From positions 86,466 to 150,465 of the forward strand of contig JBAZKN010000003.1 in NCBI GenBank assembly GCA_041650755.1: a stretch of DNA of 64,000 nt. Direction: 5' to 3'. Both the position numbers and the translations under genes were made by a program. The notes under the pieces were generated by a model. The model was not told the DNA's origin, ran no database searches, and was given only the letters and a program-made list of their open reading frames with translations. The DNA comes from Patescibacteria group bacterium. Its GTDB lineage: Bacteria; Patescibacteriota; Patescibacteriia; UBA1558; GWA2-36-10. Shown piece by piece: positions 20,471-30,279 of the stretch; position 1 is the stretch's first letter, and each line of letters starts with the position of its first letter.

Positions 20471-20576
20471 ATAATGTTGAATAGAAAGCCGCGCCAAAAA
20501 CCCTTGGATTGACGGCTTTTGCCCTTTACAACACACCACAGCGTTCTCTGCCCAAAAAAGGCAGAAAGGAGCCACC

Positions 20577-21278
20577 ATGAAGCGTCTGGTCGTTTTCCTG
20601 TGCCTGCTGGCCCTGGCCAGTGGGTGCGCTACTGTTCGGGACCCCAGTGGAAGGGTCCTCACCGGGCATCGCAGCGACCCAGAGCCCACGGCCCGGCTCA
20701 TCCTCAAACAGCGGGCCAGTCAACCCATCGAGGTTGACTATCGCTGGCCGGCAACAGACTTCCAGCTCGTCATGCCTGGCACCGACTTCTCGATCGACTC
20801 GAAAACGTACTGGCAGTCACGCATTACCATCAGGTGGTACTGCAGTGGCTGTTCGACAACCGAAGTGGGCCAGACCGCAGAGCAGATGTCGTTCGAAACG
20901 ACAATGCTCTATGACCAAAAGCCAATAGTGATCGACGATTTCTTCCTGCGGAAAATGATGCTCCAACACGGAGTCATCATGAATAGCGACATCCTCCCTG
21001 TGCACATATGGAATAACAGGGGCATCGACTATGGCATCATCGAACCGCGAAAATCGACGGGCATCAAGGAGCTACTGCCCGGCACAGTGACGTTCTACTG
21101 TCAATACATGGTGCGCCGAGCCGATCGCTGGCTATACAGCTACGATCGCAGCATCCGCTCGATCACCATTTCGATCGACAACAAGGACGACAACTTCGTC
21201 TGGGTCGACGAAAGGGGTGTATCCCACCTATTGGGTTGGCATGTCAATGCCGAGCCAATGGCCATCCCTGAACGCTGA
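20577..21278 (+). CDS. GC-rich islet 1: lipoprotein of unknown function (233 aa)
   Basis: Strong RBS AAAGGAG 5 nt upstream. The signal peptide carries a lipobox (LALASG-C). Codon usage is rich in GCC/CTG/CGC, unlike the host. I recognise no conserved family motif. Confidence 0.55.
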   Translation: MKRLVVFLCLLALASGCATVRDPSGRVLTGHRSDPEPTARLILKQRASQPIEVDYRWPATDFQLVMPGTDFSIDSKTYWQSRITIRWYCSGCSTTEVGQTAEQMSFETTMLYDQKPIVIDDFFLRKMMLQHGVIMNSDILPVHIWNNRGIDYGIIEPRKSTGIKELLPGTVTFYCQYMVRRADRWLYSYDRSIRSITISIDNKDDNFVWVDERGVSHLLGWHVNAEPMAIPER

Positions 21279-21285
21279 AAACAAA

Positions 21286-21336
21286 GGGCCCCGGCGCCGC
21301 CGCTATGCGGCGTGCGCCGGGGCCCTCTTCTTTTTC
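21286..21336 (+). terminator. Intrinsic terminator of the islet 1 gene
   Basis: A perfect 12-bp GC stem (gggccccggcgc ... gcgccggggccc) is followed by a TCTTCTTTTTC T-tract. Confidence 0.7.
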
Positions 21337-21355
21337 TAAAAAATTTTAAAATTAT

Positions 21356-21754
21356 CTACCCCCCACCAGTCATGCCGCCACCCGTTGGGCTAAGACTAGC
21401 CCTAGCCAAAAACTTGACTACATAATAAACAATCGCGTAAGAAGCAAAGATAATCAACAAGCCAATCATGGAATTAATAATGGTCTCTTTGGCTTTTTTT
21501 ATTTGGTCAGGATTGCCGGACGAGGTCATCCAGCGAATGCCAGACATAATAATCAAAACTATAAATATCGCCCCGACAAAAGATAGAATGATGTTGATTA
21601 TGGCCGAGATAATTTGCACCGGATCACGATTAGTAATCAAACCAGTATTGCTACCAGCTCGACGCAAAGATTCTAATGGGTCAACCTCATCAGCTAATGC
21701 TACTGCCGGCAATAGTAGAATAAAAAGAAAAATAATTTTTAAGAGATATCGCAT
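21356..21754 (-). CDS. T4SS-pilin-like (TrbC/VirB2-like) small secreted membrane protein, paralog A
   Basis: 132 aa with a signal peptide and two hydrophobic helices flanking the conserved core IINIILSFVGAIFIVLIIMSGIRWMTSSGNPDQIKKAKE...IGLLIIFASYA. This core is shared with the three neighbouring genes. Confidence 0.55.
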   Translation of the reverse strand: MRYLLKIIFLFILLLPAVALADEVDPLESLRRAGSNTGLITNRDPVQIISAIINIILSFVGAIFIVLIIMSGIRWMTSSGNPDQIKKAKETIINSMIGLLIIFASYAIVYYVVKFLARASLSPTGGGMTGGG

Positions 21755-21846
21755 AAAAAATAGCTAATACAAGCTCTATAGTCCAAGCCCTAGTAGGCTA
21801 TAAAATAGCCTACTATAGTCTAGACTATATGTCTAAGATAAAAAAA

Positions 21847-22221
21847 CTATGGAGTTGTGGCAACAGTATTATTGAACAATGAACCGATGATGAAGGTGGA
21901 TAGAGCATAAGCGGCAAAGATGATGGCAATGCCGATAACGGCAGCGCCCATCAATTTCTTGGCTTCATCAATCTTATCGGTGTTGCCCTGGGAAGTTAAC
22001 CATTTGAAGCCAGCATACAAGAATAACAAAATGGCTAAAGCGCCCAAAAAGCTCAAAATGATGTTGATGATATTTGATACGGTTTCATAAACATTCTTGG
22101 TGGAATAAACCAACAAATTGTTTAAGTTTTGGGTACCAAAATTGGTAACGTCAACAGCTAAAGCTTGGTTGGCCACCAACATACTGGGCAATAAAAGCGC
22201 TAAGGCTAATAATTTTTTCAT
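21847..22221 (-). CDS. T4SS-pilin-like small secreted membrane protein, paralog B
   Basis: 124 aa with the core IINIILSFLGALAILLFLYAGFKWLTSQGNTDKIDEAKK...IGIAIIFAAYA. Confidence 0.55.
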   Translation of the reverse strand: MKKLLALALLLPSMLVANQALAVDVTNFGTQNLNNLLVYSTKNVYETVSNIINIILSFLGALAILLFLYAGFKWLTSQGNTDKIDEAKKLMGAAVIGIAIIFAAYALSTFIIGSLFNNTVATTP

Positions 22222-22321
22222 TTTTTCACCCCCTTTCTTGTTTTAGGCTATTATCAAATAAATGGACTAAACCTACTAAAGTATAAACTAAAATTAGCTT
22301 TTTTTCAAGTTTTGTCAAGCC

Positions 22322-22651
22322 TTATCTAGTAACTAATAGCGTACCCATAATAAAATTCAAAATCACATAAGAAACAAAGATCATGACCAGGCCAAAAATT
22401 GCCCAAACCAATGTGTCTTTGCCCCTAGTAATACGGTCTTTATTGCCTTGGGAAGTAAGCCAAGTTACGCCCCCAATAATCAAGTATATCAAGGCTATGG
22501 CTCCAACTATGCCCAAAACGCCCCTAATAGTATACTGAATGGCTGTCTCTACATCATTAGCTTTTAATGGATTATACAGGGGAACATCAGCCCTAGCCAC
22601 CCACGGGGCTAGTAATGGCAACAAACCAAAGATTATTTTTTTATTTTTCAT
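22322..22651 (-). CDS. T4SS-pilin-like small secreted membrane protein, paralog C
   Basis: 109 aa with the core VLGIVGAIALIYLIIGGVTWLTSQGNKDRITRGKD...FGLVMIFVSYV. Confidence 0.55.
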   Translation of the reverse strand: MKNKKIIFGLLPLLAPWVARADVPLYNPLKANDVETAIQYTIRGVLGIVGAIALIYLIIGGVTWLTSQGNKDRITRGKDTLVWAIFGLVMIFVSYVILNFIMGTLLVTR

Positions 22652-22671
22652 ATGTATAAAAATAAATTATC

Positions 22672-23373
22672 TTAAGGCAAGCTGACGCAGCCGGGCGTAA
22701 GTAAACAATCACTAATGGCCTGATAGGTGGGGTCAGCAAAAATCGCCGGGTTGCCACTAGCATCAAATTTGGTGCAAATATTACTCACGCCGCCGGGACA
22801 CAGGTCTTTCTCAAAGTAAGCCGGTGCATTGATACTGGCCGCTAAACTTTCAGCAATAGTATGGCAGCGCCAGTCTTCGTTAGCCATCACTGCCTTCATC
22901 TCGCAGCGGCTAATGCAATCCTCTTGATAACACACGTAAACATCACTGCCGCCACAAGCAGTATTATCCGCCTTACCTTGGCACTCTGGTACTTCTTGGG
23001 CAATCCTGACCTCTTCTTTAACATTCAACATATTGTTGACGAAAAAACTCAAAACCAAATAGCTAGTAAAAGCTATAACCAGCGCCCAAATGGTGTTGAC
23101 CATTATTTCTTTACCCCGGCTAATGCGATTTGGCACGCCTTCAGATGTCAGCCACTCTATGCCACCATAGATAAAAAATAACAGGGCCACGCCGGCCATA
23201 CCACCCAAAAGCAATTTAATCAAAAGTATCAATGCTGTGCTAATATCCGCCAGCTGGCAATCACCGCTATCTAAACAATTTTTCAAAGCTGGATTATCCA
23301 AAAATCCGGTAATGGCCGCCTGGCTGCCAAGTGGCCAAAGTAAAAAAATAAGCCAGCCAAGTTTTTTAATCAT
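22672..23373 (-). CDS. T4SS-pilin-like N-terminal module fused to a cysteine-rich extracellular domain
   Basis: The N-terminus has the same core (GGMAGVALLFFIYGGIEWLTSEGVPNRISRGKE...WALVIAFTSYL). It is followed by about 120 aa containing 13 Cys (CQGKADNTACGG...CYQEDCISRCE...CPGGVSNIC...CLLTPGC). The start is placed at the internal Met (MIKKLGW). Confidence 0.5.
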   Translation of the reverse strand: MIKKLGWLIFLLWPLGSQAAITGFLDNPALKNCLDSGDCQLADISTALILLIKLLLGGMAGVALLFFIYGGIEWLTSEGVPNRISRGKEIMVNTIWALVIAFTSYLVLSFFVNNMLNVKEEVRIAQEVPECQGKADNTACGGSDVYVCYQEDCISRCEMKAVMANEDWRCHTIAESLAASINAPAYFEKDLCPGGVSNICTKFDASGNPAIFADPTYQAISDCLLTPGCVSLP

Positions 23374-24745
23374 TTTTTGATTGATAAGTTTGATTAATGC
23401 GATCAACTAGTGCCCTCAGATCGGTCGTCTTATTTAAATCTATTTTGCCGGAATTTATATCATTTATAAAATCGGCAAAATATTGTTCGGCTTTATTATA
23501 ATCATAGCCATTATACCAATTGTCGGCTGTCAAAACCTGCGAAGCGAAAACAGCTAACTCTGGATCGGCTGTCTGCTCTTTGATCAAAGAACGCAGCGCG
23601 GTTGGCTTTTTAGTATTCTTTAAATAAGTCTTTACCAGATCGGCTGAAGCAGTGCTTTGGATAAAATTCCAGGCCGCATCACTATTTTTTGATTTGGCCG
23701 GCACTACATTGACCCAATAATCAGAGTAATATTTGGTGCCTTGGCTACCGGGAGTTTGGGGAAAATTAGTTATTCGCCACTCAAAGGGCGTGCCCTTCTG
23801 TCGCAAAGCATCAGCGTGATAACTATAGCCAAAAAAATAAGCTAATTTACCTTCGGCAAACATATCAAAAGCATTGGGTAAAGAATTGCTCCAGCTATAA
23901 CTAGATAGGCCGACCCGCATAAAATCAGTGTAAAAACCCAGATCTCTGGCAAGATTACTGGCTGAAGTGTCATCGCGCAAAGGCAAAAAAGAATTACCCT
24001 TAATATTTACATTTGTTTGCAATAATAAATTGGATATGATGCCTAAAAATCCCGGTATATTATCAGCTCCACCCATAGCTACAGCTGCCTGATAAATCTC
24101 ATTATCTTGGCCAACCTTAGTCAATTTTGGGGTCTGCTCTATTAATTCAGAAAAATCCTTCATCGGCTCGGCTATACCAGCAGCGGATAACAATTTTGAA
24201 TTATAAAAAGTCACCATAGTATCCAATGAATACGGCAGGCCATATATCTTTCCATCTCTAACTACATTATTATAAACCACATCAACAAAACGAGATTTAA
24301 TATCATCAGACGAGTATCCCTTTACTTCCTGCAAACTAGTAACGACTTCTTTTTTAATAGACCCCTTTACCTCTTGTACTGGGATTTTTACGCTGGCTGG
24401 CATCGGTTTCAAACGCGACTCATATTCTTTTAGCCAACTAGCTGGTATGGCAAATATGTCTGGGCCACGATCATCGGCCCAGGCTTCTAATAGTTCGTTC
24501 TCATATTCTTCATAACGCAATTGGCGGTACTGTACCTTGATGGTTGGGTGAGTAGCTTGATAAGCCTGAATCAATGGCCCAATTTGGGCTTGGCTATCCC
24601 ACACCCCCCAATATTGCAAAGTGACTGGTCTGGCTTCTGGTGGCTTGGTAATACTGCAACCGCCAGTAGAATTTTTACAGGCAAAACCAGAGGTGATCAT
24701 CAACACGCCAATTAATAATAATGATAATTTTTTGTAGCTGCGCAT
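23366..24745 (-). CDS. ABC transporter extracellular solute-binding lipoprotein (family 1, sugar-type)
   Basis: 459 aa with a lipoprotein signal and lipobox (ITSGFAC). The length and composition are typical of carbohydrate-type substrate-binding proteins. Confidence 0.65.
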   Translation of the reverse strand: MRSYKKLSLLLIGVLMITSGFACKNSTGGCSITKPPEARPVTLQYWGVWDSQAQIGPLIQAYQATHPTIKVQYRQLRYEEYENELLEAWADDRGPDIFAIPASWLKEYESRLKPMPASVKIPVQEVKGSIKKEVVTSLQEVKGYSSDDIKSRFVDVVYNNVVRDGKIYGLPYSLDTMVTFYNSKLLSAAGIAEPMKDFSELIEQTPKLTKVGQDNEIYQAAVAMGGADNIPGFLGIISNLLLQTNVNIKGNSFLPLRDDTSASNLARDLGFYTDFMRVGLSSYSWSNSLPNAFDMFAEGKLAYFFGYSYHADALRQKGTPFEWRITNFPQTPGSQGTKYYSDYWVNVVPAKSKNSDAAWNFIQSTASADLVKTYLKNTKKPTALRSLIKEQTADPELAVFASQVLTADNWYNGYDYNKAEQYFADFINDINSGKIDLNKTTDLRALVDRINQTYQSKND

Positions 24746-24751
24746 TGGTAT

Positions 24752-25612
24752 TTACCTATTTTTTATATATTTTTTTAAGGCTTCTCTAAATTCTTTTCTG
24801 TCCCAGGCATATTCTAAGGTTGTCCTAAATAAATTAAGCGGGTCGCCAGTGGTCAACCATTGACCATCCTCTATCTCTTTAGCATAAAATTCACCGCCCG
24901 ACTCAATGTAGGTTCTAATAGCATCGACTACCCATAGTTCACCACCCTTACCTAACCTGGTTTTTTTTAAAATATCCACGATGTCTTGATTTAAAATCAT
25001 TCTGCCAAAATCAGCCAGACGAGAAGGAGTATTTTTTGGTGACGGCTTCTCAACTATATCGACAATTTGCATTGTTTTTTTATTTTTTATTTTAACAATG
25101 CCATATCTAGCAACTTGATCAAGCGGCACTTTTTGGACGCCGATCATTAGGTGGCCAGTCTTGTAATAGTCGTCAACCATCTGCTTGGCAAAAGGGATTT
25201 TTGACTTTACCAGGTCATCTCCCCAAACATACATGAATGGCCCATCATCAACCAGACTAGCCGCCGACAGAACTGGCGTACCATTACCATAGGGGCCCTT
25301 CTGTCTGACATAAATAAAATTGGCCATCTCAGATATCCGTCTGATCTCTTCCAATTTTTCTTTTTTGCCAGCTCTGGCCAGCTCCTGCTCCAGAGCCCAA
25401 GAATTATCAAAATGATCTTCCAGGGGCTTTTTATCCCACTTAGTCACCAGAATTATATCTTTAATGTCAGCGGAAACTAATTCTTCCACTACCAATTGAA
25501 TGGCCGGCTTGTCGACTATCGGCAACATTTCCTTGGGCATTGTTTTAGTGGCTGGCAAAAACCTAGTCCCAGAACCAGCCACGGCAATAATTGCTTTTCT
25601 GATCTTAAGCAT
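24752..25612 (-). CDS. galU: UTP--glucose-1-phosphate uridylyltransferase
   Basis: 286 aa with the N-terminal AVAGSGTRFLPATKTMPKEMLPIVDKP nucleotidyltransferase signature of GalU. Confidence 0.8.
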   Translation of the reverse strand: MLKIRKAIIAVAGSGTRFLPATKTMPKEMLPIVDKPAIQLVVEELVSADIKDIILVTKWDKKPLEDHFDNSWALEQELARAGKKEKLEEIRRISEMANFIYVRQKGPYGNGTPVLSAASLVDDGPFMYVWGDDLVKSKIPFAKQMVDDYYKTGHLMIGVQKVPLDQVARYGIVKIKNKKTMQIVDIVEKPSPKNTPSRLADFGRMILNQDIVDILKKTRLGKGGELWVVDAIRTYIESGGEFYAKEIEDGQWLTTGDPLNLFRTTLEYAWDRKEFREALKKYIKNR

Positions 25613-25716
25613 GGATATATTATACTAAAATTCGACCTAATTGTAAATTTTATAACAAACAATTGACGCGTGTGCCAATCTCATCAAAAATAAAAATCGA
25701 TAGCCGCTACTTCCTT

Positions 25717-27024
25717 TTATCCCTGCGGGGGAAGAGTGTTTTTGGACAATATAGTAAACGCTAATAAAGCAAAAAATAAAATACTTAGATCATTTTTGAA
25801 ATATGGTACGTCTACTAGGCCCTGGGTAAACCAAGTAAGCCAGGCTAGGGTCAGGGGCCAAGCTAGCCAATGTCTGACTTTATGTAAGGCAAGCAAATCC
25901 TGGACAATAAAAAATAAGCACAATAAAAATACCAACAATCCTAAAAACCCCACCTCGCTCCAAAAATTTAAAAATACATTATGCGGATACAGGTAAATTT
26001 CTAGCCAATCCACTTTATGATAAGCACCCATAGCTGCCTGGTAGCCATTGATGCCGGCACCAAAAATAAAATTGTGCCTTAACATTTGCCAGGTTTCTTG
26101 CCATTGGCTGCTCCGAATCTCCAAAGAACTTGCTTGTAAATTCAATTCTGGTTTGAATAATTGCTGACGAAAGCTTTGACCAGCATTGCTCTGCCAAACC
26201 AGCACTAGTATGGCAACACCCAAAACTAACCAGGCACCAAAATTATACTTACCAAATTTCTTATAAGAAATATTCCACAGAATAACCAGGCACCAAACAA
26301 CTAGAGCGGTGATAATGCCAGCCAGAGCGCCCTGGCTAACTGCCCAAACAGACAACATCACGCCCATGGCCGTCAAAACTAAATAAAATAAATTATTTTT
26401 TTTGGTGATCAAATAAAGTCCCGCAAAAAAACTAGTCAGAGGAGCCGTTAATAAGCTCAGGGCGTTGGGATAAGAAAAAATTGAAGTAAGGCGAATAGTG
26501 TTGGGGTAATTATATTCTGGCGGCAAATACCAAAAACCATATTTTTGCCAAGCGGCTACGAAAAATAGCCAAAGCACCAGTAACCCCGAGGCACGAATAA
26601 TCATTCTTGTGTCTTCCGACTTACGCACCACATACATAAAAACCATAAAAAACATCATTGGTTCGAGCCAATAAGCCCGCCATAAACCCAAAGCGTGAAA
26701 ACTAGGGTGAACCACCAAGCCGATAATACTCACCAACAACCAAGCCAAAAGCAAATAGCGCCATTTGCCGGGTACCACATTTTCTGCTCTGCTCTGAAAA
26801 TAAAAATTAATACGTTCAAAGCGTTGATCCTTAAGCAGCCAGACCAAGAATAAAAGCCAGATCATTATTTCTAAAAAAGTGCTGGGTAAGCCAAAAAATT
26901 GCCAGCGCCAAAGATAGCTTGGCAACAAAACCAAAATAACAGCCACGCCGAAGCTTAATCGGTAATAGGCTAGATAAATAAATAATAGGCTGGCCAATAA
27001 AAGCCAAATGAGGCTAGGCATCAA
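25717..27024 (-). CDS. O-antigen ligase / Wzy_C-domain membrane protein
   Basis: 435 aa polytopic membrane protein. A periplasmic loop carries RSSQWQETWQMLRHNFIFGAGINGYQ, resembling the Wzy_C R...W...FG.G.G motif. Confidence 0.55.
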   Translation of the reverse strand: MMPSLIWLLLASLLFIYLAYYRLSFGVAVILVLLPSYLWRWQFFGLPSTFLEIMIWLLFLVWLLKDQRFERINFYFQSRAENVVPGKWRYLLLAWLLVSIIGLVVHPSFHALGLWRAYWLEPMMFFMVFMYVVRKSEDTRMIIRASGLLVLWLFFVAAWQKYGFWYLPPEYNYPNTIRLTSIFSYPNALSLLTAPLTSFFAGLYLITKKNNLFYLVLTAMGVMLSVWAVSQGALAGIITALVVWCLVILWNISYKKFGKYNFGAWLVLGVAILVLVWQSNAGQSFRQQLFKPELNLQASSLEIRSSQWQETWQMLRHNFIFGAGINGYQAAMGAYHKVDWLEIYLYPHNVFLNFWSEVGFLGLLVFLLCLFFIVQDLLALHKVRHWLAWPLTLAWLTWFTQGLVDVPYFKNDLSILFFALLAFTILSKNTLPPQG

Positions 27025-28447
27025 CTTGTCTATTCAAAATGTTTCTTATTTTTTCTCGGTCTATCACTTTAAATAAGTAGAGCCAGACAAAATAAACCAG
27101 ACTGGCCAATATACCAGAGATGATTACTTCTGCGCCCCTAAAAAACCAGAAAATAACAAAGGTCAAGGCACCGGCCGCCAATATCCGCCAAAAGCCAGAG
27201 GTTTGTAATCTAATGGTTAATTTCTTTTGCACCAATCTAAACGCCCAAATACAAATCAAGGTTTCCACCAAAACCGTGACTATGGCGGCTGCCCAATAAT
27301 AATATCGCGGTATAAAGATAAAATACCCCAACAAACCAATGATGGCGGCTGCTAAATAATAGCGCACCATGGTTTTCTGTAAACCCAAAGCCACCACCAA
27401 ATAAGTAAACATGGTGCCAAAAAATATCGCCGCCACCGCTAAAACCAAAATATTTAGTATCGGACCAGAGCCAGCAAATTCTTGGCCAGTAAGTAAAACC
27501 ATCATTGGCTTGCTCAAGAGCCAAACTATCAGAACAACCCAGACATTAATGATGCTAAAAAAATCGAAAGTGTTTTGCTGGATGGTCTGCAGCCGATCCA
27601 AATCTCTTTTCACCCAAACAGCCGTAAAAATTGGCAAGACCAAACTCATAAACATGTGTGGAAAGGTAGTTAAAACCTCTAGCACTTTATAGGCTGCCCC
27701 ATAAAGGCCAACTTTTTCGGCTGAATGATAAGCGGAGAGTATCAGGGTGTCGGCTCTAAAATAAACTAAGTTGAGAATAACCCCCAGAGACAGTGGCCAA
27801 GATATTTTAAAAACTTTTTTCCAATAAGAAAAATCCCAAGCAAAGCTCAATGGCTGGTGGCGCCAGAAAAAAAATAAAAATAATATCAAGCCGAGAAAGG
27901 CGCTAGCTGAATTCCAAAAAAGTATCTGATTTAAATTGCCGGCATGTAAATAAATATAAATAAGTGGCAACAAATAAACTATTTTGGAAAAAACATAAAC
28001 CAACGTGGCTCGAGCCATGTCTAGGTATTTAGCAAAAATAGCTGTCAGGGTGGAAATCAAACTTTGCCAGACAAAAGCGCCGGCCAAAAATATCACTCCG
28101 TTTTTTACCGCCTGATCATAGGGGAAAATTTTTATCAAAAATGGCGCCAAGATAAAAATCAATAATGAAGCCAGGAGACGAATAGTAAAAATATTATCAA
28201 CTCTCTTTTTCTCTTCTTTTTTATCTTCAGTAGTAGAAATTTCATTCAAGAGTGTCATATATAAACCCAAGTCGCTAATGGTCATTAAGGTTTGTAGAAA
28301 AACAAAAACGGTAGTATAAAAACCAAACTGTGTCTGCCCCAAAATCCTAGTAATCAGGCCAATATTTACTATACCAATTACAATATCAAAAAACCTGATT
28401 ATTATCTGCCAGAGAGTATTGGTAAATATTTTATTGGCTGTTGACAT
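27014..28447 (-). CDS. Polysaccharide biosynthesis protein / oligosaccharide flippase (MOP superfamily, Wzx-like)
   Basis: 477 aa with about 12-14 TM helices and the composition typical of Wzx/MurJ-type flippases. Confidence 0.6.
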   Translation of the reverse strand: MSTANKIFTNTLWQIIIRFFDIVIGIVNIGLITRILGQTQFGFYTTVFVFLQTLMTISDLGLYMTLLNEISTTEDKKEEKKRVDNIFTIRLLASLLIFILAPFLIKIFPYDQAVKNGVIFLAGAFVWQSLISTLTAIFAKYLDMARATLVYVFSKIVYLLPLIYIYLHAGNLNQILFWNSASAFLGLILFLFFFWRHQPLSFAWDFSYWKKVFKISWPLSLGVILNLVYFRADTLILSAYHSAEKVGLYGAAYKVLEVLTTFPHMFMSLVLPIFTAVWVKRDLDRLQTIQQNTFDFFSIINVWVVLIVWLLSKPMMVLLTGQEFAGSGPILNILVLAVAAIFFGTMFTYLVVALGLQKTMVRYYLAAAIIGLLGYFIFIPRYYYWAAAIVTVLVETLICIWAFRLVQKKLTIRLQTSGFWRILAAGALTFVIFWFFRGAEVIISGILASLVYFVWLYLFKVIDREKIRNILNRQVDA

Positions 28448-28513
28448 GAGCTTATTATACTAATAAGAAACAAAAAAAACAACCCGAAATTTTTTCCGGG
28501 TTGTTCCAAAAAA

Positions 28514-29530
28514 TTAAGTTAATTCAGCGGCTTTATGCGCCACCCAAACATCTTTTTTGATGCTGGTAATTATATCTGGATTTTCCTTCAAAAATGCCTT
28601 GGCGTTTTCCCGACCTACGCCCAACTTTGTTTCTCCATAACTATAAGAGTTACCGCTTTTGGCTACTATACTGAAGAGCAAACCAACGTCCAGCACATCA
28701 CCAGCCACCGAGATCCCCTCATTATACATGATATCAAAAGTAGCACTCTTAAATGGTGCGGCTACCTTGTTTTTTACCACCTTGGCCTTGACTTGATTAC
28801 CAATAATTTTTTCGCCTTGTTTTATCTGGGCTGCTCGCCTTACCTCAATGCGCACAGAGGAATAAAATTTCAAAGCATTTCCGCCAGTGGTGGTTTCCGG
28901 ATTACCAAAGAAAACGCCGATCTTCATCCTAATTTGATTAATAAAAATAACCATGGTCTGACTTTTGTGGACAATGCCGGCTAGTTTGCGTAAAGCCTGG
29001 CTCATTAGCCTGGCCTGCAAACCCATGTGTTGATCGCCCATGTCACCCTCTATCTCTGCCTTGGGGACAAGAGCAGCCACTGAATCGACCACAATCACCC
29101 CGACACTACCTGAGCGAACCAAGGTTTCTACTATTTCCAGAGCCTGCTCACCAGTATCTGGCTGAGAGATTAAAAGACTGTTGACATCTACGCCTATGCG
29201 GCGGGCATAATCTGGATCAAGAGCGTGTTCGGCATCAACAAAAGCCGCTATACCACCTTTTTTTTGCACTTCGGCAACAATATGTTGGGCTAAAGTTGTC
29301 TTACCAGAGGCTTCTGGCCCATAAATCTCAATTATCCTGCCCTTAGGCACGCCGCCCACCCCCAAAGCTAAATCCAAGGAAAGGCAGCCTGTACTCACTG
29401 TTTCCACATTCATGGCTTTGGCATCGCCTAGGCTCATAATTGCCCCTTCGCCAAAACGACTTCTAATTTGTTCGATGGCTGTCTTGGTGGCTTGGTCGAA
29501 GTTTGTTTTTACTTTTTTGTCACTCGCCAT
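28514..29530 (-). CDS. recA: Recombinase RecA
   Basis: 338 aa with the Walker A motif [13 protein letters not shown] and the highly conserved RecA core ([31 protein letters not shown]). Confidence 0.9.
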   Translation of the reverse strand: MASDKKVKTNFDQATKTAIEQIRSRFGEGAIMSLGDAKAMNVETVSTGCLSLDLALGVGGVPKGRIIEIYGPEASGKTTLAQHIVAEVQKKGGIAAFVDAEHALDPDYARRIGVDVNSLLISQPDTGEQALEIVETLVRSGSVGVIVVDSVAALVPKAEIEGDMGDQHMGLQARLMSQALRKLAGIVHKSQTMVIFINQIRMKIGVFFGNPETTTGGNALKFYSSVRIEVRRAAQIKQGEKIIGNQVKAKVVKNKVAAPFKSATFDIMYNEGISVAGDVLDVGLLFSIVAKSGNSYSYGETKLGVGRENAKAFLKENPDIITSIKKDVWVAHKAAELT

Positions 29531-29580
29531 AAATTTATCCCTTTTTTAGCAAACTTGCCTGTAACAGCCTGCTTAATTAA

Positions 29581-30258
29581 TTATTCTAAAGCTTCTCTTA
29601 AAATTACTAATTCCAAATGTCTAGTCTGGCTATGTTTCTTTTTAGCACTAATCTGTAAATTATTCAAGCCGACTACTAAATTAACGGTTTTTTTAAAATT
29701 ACCCTGTTCATCCAATAATACTAATTCATTATTTATTATCAGAGTGGCTTCGGCCTTGGTCCTACCAATAATTTCTACGGTAGTAGCTGTGGTTTTAAAA
29801 TTGTTTGGTGGTTGGGCTATCGCCAAGCTTGGCGGCGCAATAATATTAAACACCTCCCAACTCAAATAAGCAAGCAAAGCAAGCACCACTAAGCCGATAG
29901 CTAACCAGCGACCCAAGCGTGGCCGCCACCATGGCGGTGTTGTTGGTTGTTTTATTTTACCAGCAAACTCAACTGTGTCTATTTTTCGCGATATATTTTT
30001 TTCAATCTGATAATCTGCCAATAAACTATCTAGGGCCAAGGAAAACAACTTTGCATATTGCCTAAGCCAGGCGCGCACATAAACATCGCCCGGTAAGCTC
30101 GACCATTGACCAGCTTCTAAATATTCTAGATACTTCGTGGGGACGCAAAGCTGTTTGCTCAAATCGGCCAAAGATACGTTTTTATCTAAACGGGCCAGTT
30201 TTAATTTTTCCGCCAAAGTTTGATTACGGCTAATAGATTTTTTCTGCCAACTAGACAT
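29581..30258 (-). CDS. RodZ-like HTH membrane protein (XRE-type HTH, TM helix, C-terminal domain)
   Basis: 225 aa with an N-terminal HTH (LAEKLKLARLDKNVSLADLSKQL), a central TM helix (WLAIGLVVLALLAYL) and a C-terminal beta-rich domain. Confidence 0.5.
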   Translation of the reverse strand: MSSWQKKSISRNQTLAEKLKLARLDKNVSLADLSKQLCVPTKYLEYLEAGQWSSLPGDVYVRAWLRQYAKLFSLALDSLLADYQIEKNISRKIDTVEFAGKIKQPTTPPWWRPRLGRWLAIGLVVLALLAYLSWEVFNIIAPPSLAIAQPPNNFKTTATTVEIIGRTKAEATLIINNELVLLDEQGNFKKTVNLVVGLNNLQISAKKKHSQTRHLELVILREALE

Positions 30259-30279
30259 AAACCAATAATTCTAAATAAG

